A stretch of 64,000 nucleotides of DNA from positions 3,144 through 67,143 of IMG/VR virus record IMGVR_UViG_3300035183_000720. One strand, 5' to 3'. Shown here piece after piece: positions 57,429-64,000 of the stretch (within the stretch, counting starts at the first letter, position 1; every line of letters begins with the position of its first letter). Source of the stretch: a virus. The notes beneath the pieces were generated by a model. It searched no databases. It saw nothing but the letters and a program-made list of their open reading frames with translations, and was not told the origin of the DNA. The translations under genes and the position numbers were made by a program.

Positions 57429-58169
57429 ATGGCTGCTAATACCTCACCGATCTTTTCTCGTGCTGGCGACATTCAAGGCGGTGTAGTTCTAACTACCGCT
57501 GCCAATGATTATAATGGACAAAATGCCAACAACGCCGTAGTTTTCACTGCCGATTCTACGAATGGCGGATATATTCAGCGTTTGCGCTTCAAAGCGCTAG
57601 GTACTAACGTCGCTACGGTGTGTCGAATCTATATTAATAACGGCCAAGGGCGTTTTGCTTCAGTTGTTTCAGCGCCTTCTTCCGCCCCTACAGGAACTGC
57701 CTCTACGTCAGGGGGCAGTCTACAATCGGGGTCCTATTACGCTAAGATCGTTGCCGTCGATCAATACGGTGTCCCAACCTCACCGTCGCCAGAATCCACA
57801 GCCGTTTCAGTCACTGGCCCTACGGGATCTATCACTTGGAACTGGACAGCGGTGACAGGCGCAGTAAGTTATATGATCTTTGTGGGGAGTGTTTCGGGTG
57901 GACAAGTATCGTACTTCACTTCAAACACAAATTCATTTACTCAGACGGCCCCTACTGGAATTGTCAAATCTATAAACGGCTCAACTACTAATAACTGGCT
58001 GTACGGTGAACTTTCTTTACCAGCCACCACGGCCTCTGCGACTGCAGCTACTATCGAGGCTGATTACCCACTGAACTTTGTTCTACCTCCAGGGTATTCT
58101 ATTATAGTCGGTCTAGGAACAACGGTTGCCGCTGGTTGGGCAGTTACTGCCATTGGAGGCAAGTACTGA
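57429..58169 (+). CDS. Fibre/structural protein with FN3-like insert
   Basis: Thr/Ser/Gly-rich beta sequence; WTAVTGAVSY. Confidence 0.6.
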   Translation: MAANTSPIFSRAGDIQGGVVLTTAANDYNGQNANNAVVFTADSTNGGYIQRLRFKALGTNVATVCRIYINNGQGRFASVVSAPSSAPTGTASTSGGSLQSGSYYAKIVAVDQYGVPTSPSPESTAVSVTGPTGSITWNWTAVTGAVSYMIFVGSVSGGQVSYFTSNTNSFTQTAPTGIVKSINGSTTNNWLYGELSLPATTASATAATIEADYPLNFVLPPGYSIIVGLGTTVAAGWAVTAIGGKY

Positions 58170-59110
58170 TGCTAGATGTGATGCATTTAGCTGAACAGCC
58201 AGGCGCGGATGTTCAGATTTTTAGAGGTACGGGAGCGACTGGTGCTCCCGCATGGTTGACTTGGCAGAAACGCCGCGGTGTGTCGATGTGCTATATGATT
58301 TGTATTGGTGGCGGTGGCGGAGGAGGATCAGGAGCGGTTGGCGCGGCTTCTACTGCGGCAGGCGGCGGAGGAGGAGGATCAGGCAGTCAATCTATGTTAG
58401 TTATCCCTGCCTGCCTCTTACCTGATACTTTATTTGTAAGCGTAGGTAGAGGAGGGGATCCAGGTACAGCGGGTGCACAATCAATTGTTTCAACTCAGCC
58501 TCATACTTCGAATATACAGAATTATGTTTTACTTGCCAATGGTGGTGGCGCTGGTGGTATCGCTTCAGGCTCAACCGCTGGTGCTGCTGGCAATGCTGGT
58601 TCAGCTGCTACAATAGCCTCCTGTCCTCTTGCTGGGTTGGGGGTTTACATTTTCCTTGCCGGTCAAGCTGGCGGGGCTGGAGGTGGTACGGTTATCGGCA
58701 CTTCAATCACATACCCCACAAATGGCGTAGTTGTTACTGGCGGGGCTGGAGGTGGAGGACTTCCTGCGCTTTCGACCGCAGGAAGTAACGGCGGAGTAAT
58801 TACTGCTCTTACGCAACCAACGTATTTTGTCGGTAGCCCAGGAGGAGTCGGCGGAGCTGCAAGTAACTCCCCAGGTAGTAATGGATCAAACGGAGCTAGC
58901 TTGTTTCCGAAGCTGCTTTATGGTTGGGGTGGAACAGGTGGGGGAAGTGGCGGTTTAGGTGCATCAGGTGCTTCTACAGCCGCAGGGGGTCGAGGTGGTG
59001 ATGGCGGTATGGGTTCTGGTGGCGGAGGCGGTGGGGGGGGATTTACTGGAGCTACGCAAGCCACGGGCGGTCGAGGCGGAGATGGTATTGTTATTATCAT
59101 TTCATGGTGA
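58169..59110 (+). CDS. Glycine-rich adhesin-like protein
   Basis: Many GGGG tracts; ends GGRGGDGIVIIISW. Confidence 0.7.
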   Translation: MLDVMHLAEQPGADVQIFRGTGATGAPAWLTWQKRRGVSMCYMICIGGGGGGGSGAVGAASTAAGGGGGGSGSQSMLVIPACLLPDTLFVSVGRGGDPGTAGAQSIVSTQPHTSNIQNYVLLANGGGAGGIASGSTAGAAGNAGSAATIASCPLAGLGVYIFLAGQAGGAGGGTVIGTSITYPTNGVVVTGGAGGGGLPALSTAGSNGGVITALTQPTYFVGSPGGVGGAASNSPGSNGSNGASLFPKLLYGWGGTGGGSGGLGASGASTAAGGRGGDGGMGSGGGGGGGGFTGATQATGGRGGDGIVIIISW

Positions 59111-59142
59111 ACATTTTCGAGGAAAGGAAAGGAGATTCAAAA

Positions 59143-59364
59143 ATGAAAACATTCGATGAATTTCTCAAAGAAAGACATCTTACGCCAGCTGAATTAGAGA
59201 AACGCGAAGAAATTGCAAAAGCTATCGAAAAAGAACATCCTGATATACCCAAGGATCAAAAGATGGCAATTGCCACCGCGGCAGCTAAAAAAGCACTCAG
59301 GAAGAAAAAGAAGAAGAAAGGGATGGAAGGGAACGAAGAAAACAAAGAGAACGAGTCCATGTAA
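59143..59364 (+). CDS. Small basic internal-head-like protein
   Basis: MKTFDEFLKE start; AIATAAAKK; AAGGAG RBS. Confidence 0.7.
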   Translation: MKTFDEFLKERHLTPAELEKREEIAKAIEKEHPDIPKDQKMAIATAAAKKALRKKKKKKGMEGNEENKENESM

Positions 59365-59376
59365 AAGGAGTTCTAC

Positions 59377-59922
59377 ATGAATATCATAACCATATTTGAT
59401 AAAATTTTTGGGAGCCCAAAACCCGAAGAACAAGCAAACAATGAAGGAGTTGAAAACTTGAAGCCAAAATTTCATGTGCAATTAGCTCTATATAAAGGTC
59501 CGCCGAGGTATGATTGGCGGAACATTCTCTTCCACTATGCGGTTCGTCTACGAACTTTAAGCGAATGGAGCCATGCTGAACTAGTCATCAATGATGTTTG
59601 TTGGTCATCATCTGGCAGGGATGGGGGTGTTCGCGGCAAGATAATCAATCTCAATAGTGGAAGATGGGACGTACTCGATCTAAATTTAACTGACGAGCAG
59701 GCGGCTAAAGCTCTCGCTTGGTTCAAGACTCATGAAGGAGAAGGATATGATTGGTTGGGTGTTCTTTGCTTTATCCTACCTTTCGTGAAACAAGAACGTA
59801 AGCGCTGGACTTGCTTCGAGGCAATTGGTGAGGCTCTAGAGATGGAAAATTCTCATTGTTTGGATGCAAATGATCTCTTCGACTGGGCTCTTGAACATCT
59901 AGAGTCCGATGTCAAAGAATGA
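59377..59922 (+). CDS. Permuted papain-like (NlpC/P60) enzyme
   Basis: WSHAEL...YDWLG...WTCFE (His before Cys). Confidence 0.7.
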   Translation: MNIITIFDKIFGSPKPEEQANNEGVENLKPKFHVQLALYKGPPRYDWRNILFHYAVRLRTLSEWSHAELVINDVCWSSSGRDGGVRGKIINLNSGRWDVLDLNLTDEQAAKALAWFKTHEGEGYDWLGVLCFILPFVKQERKRWTCFEAIGEALEMENSHCLDANDLFDWALEHLESDVKE

Positions 59923-59941
59923 AAATTTTTTAAAAAATTGC

Positions 59942-59970
59942 TTGACATCTTGTGAAGGTTGTGCTATAAT
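59942..59970 (+). promoter_or_regulatory. Early sigma70 promoter, repeat 1
   Basis: TTGACA-TCTTGTGAAGGTTGTGC-TATAAT, A/T-tract UP element. Confidence 0.92.
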
Positions 59971-60001
59971 ATAATCGAAAGTTGTGAAAAGGAGACATAT
60001 C

Positions 60002-60274
60002 ATGAAAAACGATCTTTTGTATACGATTGCGTTGAATGGCCATGACGTCCTTGCAGTCATTCCGCAGGGCCAAGGCAGAAGCGTGAAAGCTACGATTCAA
60101 ACAGCAGTCGATGAAGCTGGAATCACTGACTACAGCGGAATTCAGATCTTCCTCAACTGCGAGCTAAAAGATGAAGCGTTCGAAGGTGATTTGGTTCTGT
60201 ATCGCTCGAAGAAAACAGGTGATCTGATTGATGCTCGCGGCAATCCTCGGCTCTGTGCCATCTTGCCTGAGTAA
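60002..60274 (+). CDS. Early hypothetical protein
   Basis: AAGGAG RBS after promoter. Confidence 0.75.
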   Translation: MKNDLLYTIALNGHDVLAVIPQGQGRSVKATIQTAVDEAGITDYSGIQIFLNCELKDEAFEGDLVLYRSKKTGDLIDARGNPRLCAILPE

Positions 60275-60355
60275 TTACATGCAGATCCTTTCGCTCTCAA
60301 AACTAACATGTTTAAGGACAAGGATGTCCTCCCCTAAAAATTTTTCAAAAAGCGC

Positions 60356-60384
60356 TTGACATCTTGTGAAGGTTGTGCTATAAT
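60356..60384 (+). promoter_or_regulatory. Early sigma70 promoter, repeat 2
   Basis: Identical to repeat 1; preceded by AGGACA-AGGA-TGTCCT hairpin (60315-60330). Confidence 0.92.
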
Positions 60385-60414
60385 ATAATCGTGAAATGTG
60401 AAAAGGAGAATATC

Positions 60415-60822
60415 ATGATGAAAAAGTTCACTCTTTCAGCTGGCAAGTACTACCTCGGTGATCCTCGTCGCGTCATTTCTGATCGCGATGCGTGGATTGA
60501 GTTCCTTGATAGCTGCGGATATCTTGTAGCTTCTCCTGAAGCTCGCAACGGAGAAGACAAATTTTGGGCTTACGGAACTACTATTGGTAGTAAGACCTAT
60601 CATTGCAGCAAAGGCAAAGAGTTGCATTCTGATTCTGGATTAGTTGGAATTGTTCCTCTCAATGTCGTCGAAAAGTACTACCGCGGAGATATCAATAAAA
60701 TCAGTGACCTCGGTATCATCGTTGAGTTTGGCGATACATTCGACGCAATCTTCGATACCAAAAATGAAGTAACTCACGTCTTTGGTGACATTCATGTCTA
60801 CGCAGGTAATGATGGGCAGTGA
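60415..60822 (+). CDS. Early hypothetical protein, paralog A
   Basis: AGKYYLGDP, DSGLVGIVP; paralogous to 60951-61376. Confidence 0.8.
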   Translation: MMKKFTLSAGKYYLGDPRRVISDRDAWIEFLDSCGYLVASPEARNGEDKFWAYGTTIGSKTYHCSKGKELHSDSGLVGIVPLNVVEKYYRGDINKISDLGIIVEFGDTFDAIFDTKNEVTHVFGDIHVYAGNDGQ

Positions 60823-60890
60823 CTGCGAGCACCTGCTGAAGGACAGGGATGTCCTCTCTCAAAAAAGTTCAAAAAATTTTCAAAAATTGC

Positions 60891-60919
60891 TTGACATCTT
60901 GTAAAGGTTGCATTATAAT
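60891..60919 (+). promoter_or_regulatory. Early sigma70 promoter, repeat 3
   Basis: TTGACA-17-TATAAT; preceded by AGGACA-GGGA-TGTCCT hairpin (60840-60855). Confidence 0.92.
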
Positions 60920-60950
60920 ATAATCGTAAGGTGAAAAAAGGAGACATATC

Positions 60951-61376
60951 ATGAGCAAGACCACTTTGACACTTCCGGCCGGTAAATACTACATCGGTGA
61001 CCCCTGCTACGTTATTTCTGATCGCGATGCGTGGATTGAATTCATTGAAAGCTGTGGGTACTTTGAAGCCTCTTGCGAGGCTTATATCGGGGAAGATAAG
61101 TTTTGGGCTTATGGAACTGCCCATGGCGACGGATCTTACTGGTGCAGTGAAGGCAAGAGGTTGTCTGTCGATTCAGGATTGATTGGCATTGTTCCCATTG
61201 ACGTTGTCGAAAAATACGGGGACATTGATTATATCAAAGGCCTCGGTATCATCGTTGAGTTCGATGACGCATTTGATGTAGTCTTTGACGTTGAGGCTGA
61301 GGCAACGCACATCTTCGGTAACGTTCATGTCTTCACGAACGTCGATGATGATGAGGATGAATACGATATCTTTTAA
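60951..61376 (+). CDS. Early hypothetical protein, paralog B
   Basis: LPAGKYYIGDPCYV, TAHGDGSY, VDSGLIGIVP. Confidence 0.8.
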   Translation: MSKTTLTLPAGKYYIGDPCYVISDRDAWIEFIESCGYFEASCEAYIGEDKFWAYGTAHGDGSYWCSEGKRLSVDSGLIGIVPIDVVEKYGDIDYIKGLGIIVEFDDAFDVVFDVEAEATHIFGNVHVFTNVDDDEDEYDIF

Positions 61377-61435
61377 TCAATAAGAAAAACGTTAGTTTGG
61401 GTGGGTGGGCGGATGGACAAGAAGGAGAATTTATC

Positions 61436-61807
61436 GTGACACATGAAGTCGCACAGAACGTTGAAGAGATTTTAAAAGAATACGGCAACGACCGCATTCG
61501 GGAATACCTATTGCAATTTACCGAGCTCTTGGATGTGATTCCAAAAGCGGTAGATGCTGCAAAGAAGCACTTTCCCGAAGCGAAGCTGGTTATGGATGTC
61601 TACCAGGATCCTGAAATTGATGATAACTATATTGTCTTGTATATCAGACTGAAACACTACGATGATTCGGTCATTGAACGGTTGGAGAAGGCGGAAGCGG
61701 AGTTTCTTGATCAGCTCGTGAACAAAGCAGGGTGGATTCAGCTGACCACGGACTTTCAGGAGCCGAGCGTTGAAATAGTTTTAGGTCAATCTCACATTAA
61801 ATCGTAA
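61436..61807 (+). CDS. Hypothetical protein
   Basis: AAGGAG RBS before GTG. Confidence 0.7.
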   Translation: MTHEVAQNVEEILKEYGNDRIREYLLQFTELLDVIPKAVDAAKKHFPEAKLVMDVYQDPEIDDNYIVLYIRLKHYDDSVIERLEKAEAEFLDQLVNKAGWIQLTTDFQEPSVEIVLGQSHIKS

Positions 61808-61823
61808 TTGAAGGAGATTTGTC

Positions 61824-62807
61824 ATGGCACATGAAATCACTATTCGCGAAAACGGATTTGCTGAAATGGCTTTTACTGGGTCGCGCGAGGCGATCTGGCA
61901 TGGTCTAGGACAGCAACTTGACGAAAATGCCCCTATTGAGACTTGGAAAGTTCAATCAGGTCTCGACTGGGAAGTTTTTGAATCTGCTATCACTTATCAA
62001 ACTCTAGAGAATGGTAAGATTGTTTCGAAAGTCTTTCCAGATAAGAAAGCTCTCTTTCGTTCTGACACAAAAGCACCTCTCTCAATTGTAGGTTCAGATT
62101 TTAAAGTCGTACAGCCAGGAGAGGTGCTTGAATTCTTTCGCGATCTAATGCAGTTACATGGGATGAAATTATCAACTGCAGGTTCTCTCTTTGGCGGCAC
62201 TCGTTTCTGGGCACTAGCAGAGACAGGTAAAGCTGAAAATGTTATTGAAGGTGATGAAATCAAAGGACATTTATTATTAGTCACTGCAGTTGATGGAACT
62301 CTTGCGACTACCGCCAAGTTCGTTTCGACGCGGGTTGTTTGCAACAATACACTTACAATTGCTTTGTCAGGAAATTCGAAAAGGGTGATTAAGAGAACTC
62401 ACAAGGTCGCATGGGATCCTGCTGCGGTGAAAATTGATCTAGGGCTATTAGATAGATCATGGAATGAATTTATGGAGAATCTTCGCAAGTTGGCGAATTT
62501 CGAAATGTCTGATAAAGAAGTTCGAAAATTTTACCAGGATATGTTCTTCGATCCCAAGAAAACAGCTGAAGAACAGACTTGGGGCGCTACCAGACGCGTT
62601 AATGAACTTATGCGGCTGTATGGTAATGGGGCAGGAGCAACTCTTTCGCATGGAACGGCTTGGGGTGCTTTGAATGCCATCACTGAGATGTATACGCATG
62701 GGACAGGTAAGCGTGATGCCTCAAGACAATTTTGGGATGCATACTATGGAAACGGTGATGAAATTAAAAATGAAGTGTTATCTAAATTGCTTGCTATGGC
62801 GGCATGA
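61824..62807 (+). CDS. DUF932-family phage/plasmid protein
   Basis: WHGLG, GLDWEV, VVQP.EVLEFF, AGSL.GG, RVVCNNTL, GTAWGALNAITE. Confidence 0.88.
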   Translation: MAHEITIRENGFAEMAFTGSREAIWHGLGQQLDENAPIETWKVQSGLDWEVFESAITYQTLENGKIVSKVFPDKKALFRSDTKAPLSIVGSDFKVVQPGEVLEFFRDLMQLHGMKLSTAGSLFGGTRFWALAETGKAENVIEGDEIKGHLLLVTAVDGTLATTAKFVSTRVVCNNTLTIALSGNSKRVIKRTHKVAWDPAAVKIDLGLLDRSWNEFMENLRKLANFEMSDKEVRKFYQDMFFDPKKTAEEQTWGATRRVNELMRLYGNGAGATLSHGTAWGALNAITEMYTHGTGKRDASRQFWDAYYGNGDEIKNEVLSKLLAMAA

Positions 62808-62995
62808 CTGTGGATAAAGAATTGGAAATTCTTCGGGAGATCGAGTCCTTGCTCAGAGAAGCCGAGGACTCACTCCTGATGACAGATCATGAAAGTCCAT
62901 GCAACTGTTCTCCGAAAATTAAGGTTTTCAAGAATCCGCAGGCGTATCTGATTGCGCATAGATTGAAAGAGTTGGAAATTCTTCGATGCAAATAA
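62804..62995 (+). CDS. Hypothetical protein
   Basis: ATGA-coupled to upstream gene; KELEILR occurs twice. Confidence 0.55.
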   Translation: MTVDKELEILREIESLLREAEDSLLMTDHESPCNCSPKIKVFKNPQAYLIAHRLKELEILRCK

Positions 62996-63008
62996 ATATC
63001 TTTTGAAG

Positions 63009-63233
63009 ATGGGCTATAACATACTAGACGTTGCAAAAGATGCACTAACAGGTAATCTTAAGATGGCCACCACCGAAGAGCAGGAAAAACGCTTGTCGAT
63101 TTGCAGGAATTGTGAATACTTGGTCAAAATTCCTGGCAACACAAAGATCACAGGAACTTGCAAAAAATGTGGCTGCTTCATGGATGCAAAAGTTAAATTT
63201 GTGCAAGCAAGTTGTCCTCTTGGGAAATGGTGA
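63009..63233 (+). CDS. Small Cys-rich zinc-binding protein
   Basis: RLSICRNCE..CKKCGCF..K..CPLGKW; AATAAATA at 62991. Confidence 0.75.
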   Translation: MGYNILDVAKDALTGNLKMATTEEQEKRLSICRNCEYLVKIPGNTKITGTCKKCGCFMDAKVKFVQASCPLGKW

Positions 63234-63243
63234 AATCAATTTC

Positions 63244-63319
63244 GCTGGGTTCGCGTAGTGGTCATCGCAGCGGATTTGTAATCCGCCATTCGTGGGTTCG
63301 AATCCCACACCCAGCTCCA
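63244..63319 (+). tRNA. tRNA-Thr(UGU)
   Basis: Acceptor GCTGGGT/ACCCAGC, anticodon arm GCGGA-TTTGTAA-TCCGC, T-arm GTGGG-TTCGAAT-CCCAC, encoded CCA. Confidence 0.93.
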
Positions 63320-63346
63320 TTTCAATAACTGATAGGAGGTGATTGT

Positions 63347-63508
63347 ATGGCCACAAAAAACGACATCACAGGTGATGCCATCAGGAGTCGAGTCATCACA
63401 AAAGCTTATGAGGAGGGGTACGAGCGAATTTTTGGGAAAAACCGTGAAGAGAATAAAGAGTCATTAAATAAGATAGATGATAAAAATCACAAGAATGAAT
63501 CGGATTGA
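63347..63508 (+). CDS. Small conserved phage protein (53 aa, absent from ORF track)
   Basis: AGGAGG RBS; MATKNDITGD...YERIFGK. Confidence 0.7.
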   Translation: MATKNDITGDAIRSRVITKAYEEGYERIFGKNREENKESLNKIDDKNHKNESD

Positions 63509-63516
63509 ATGCATTA

Positions 63517-63626
63517 CCTGGCTTGACTTCCAAGCCAGACGTTAAACAAAAACTGAAGGAGGCGCCAGTGACGACTAGATCGATGAATTCGGAAGATGTA
63601 CGGTTAAAGGACGCGCGCCAACGCAT
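63517..63626 (+). ncRNA. Orphan TnpB omegaRNA / right-end-like element, copy B (more decayed)
   Basis: Ungapped 110-nt alignment with 37979-38088(-), compensatory changes in stems. Confidence 0.65.
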
Positions 63627-64000
63627 GAACCAAGAAGATTTCAATGAAAATCTCGATCTCAATACACCAACCAATGCTTTTTTAAACATTCCTATTGCCC
63701 GCCAGCACAGTTTCTATTTAAGTGGTCCCATTTTGTCCCCTGAGCATTATTCGAAGTGGTTTCATGTAATTCGAAATGCCAGTGAGAACGATATCGTCAT
63801 TCTACATATAAACAGTCCTGGGGGTGACGTTGCGACTGCGATTCAATTCATGCGGGTGATTGCAGAGTCCCCAGCAACTGTCGTGGCTAGTGCAGAAGGT
63901 AATTGTATGAGTGCCGCCGCAATGATTTTCTTGGCTGCAGATTCTCATCAGATCAGTGAACATAGTTGCTTCATGTTCCATAACTATAGTGGAATAAGTG
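63625..64000 (+). CDS. ClpP-like protease (3' truncated; start may lie upstream)
   Basis: HINSPGGDV, CMSAAAMIFLA, FMFH. Confidence 0.85.
   Translation, partial: MNQEDFNENLDLNTPTNAFLNIPIARQHSFYLSGPILSPEHYSKWFHVIRNASENDIVILHINSPGGDVATAIQFMRVIAESPATVVASAEGNCMSAAAMIFLAADSHQISEHSCFMFHNYSGIS

Noticed and set aside
56382-59110. Diversity-generating retroelement acting on the adhesin
   Set aside because: No reverse transcriptase or TR/VR pair seen; the repeats are only Gly/collagen codons
59920-60950. Repeats as a CRISPR array
   Set aside because: The repeats are promoter/RBS units separated by whole genes, and there are no cas genes
63244-63319. tRNA-Tyr(GTA)
   Set aside because: The 7-nt loop TTTGTAA centres on TGT, and the short variable loop and C2-G71 pair fit Thr

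Overview
A 64-kb segment of a T4-like (T4-superfamily) myovirus genome. The host is Gram-negative, inferred from the Rz/Rz1 spanins. The window holds the head-tail core (gp17-18-19-20-core-21-22-23, gp3) and the replication/recombination core (uvsY, uvsW, 55, 47, 46, 45, 44, 62, regA, split 43, uvsX, 41, 61, rnh, 33, 32, dexA, dsbA). It also holds a 7-deazaguanine DNA-modification cluster (folE, queC, stand-alone GATase, dpdA-like transglycosylase, queE), baseplate hub/tape-measure genes, dispersed lysis genes, a fibre/adhesin module, three repeated early-promoter cassettes and a tRNA-Thr. The most notable observations are: (1) a set of mostly late-promoter genes whose products share a T4 capsid-targeting-like peptide, including two tandem ~1310-aa proteins with PARP-type (H-Y-E) ADP-ribosyltransferase domains, a three-nucleotidyltransferase operon and an AAA ATPase, which may be an injected enzyme payload; (2) a DpdA whose C-terminus (VTLDSFFE) nearly copies the polymerase's putative clamp-binding tail (VTLESFF); (3) an intact, late-promoter-driven TnpB flanked by diverged duplicates of neighbouring phage genes, plus two orphan 110-nt omegaRNA-like elements of a second TnpB family; (4) a -1 slippery site upstream of the tape-measure gene. 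All calls come from motif recognition and gene order by eye. No database searches were run.
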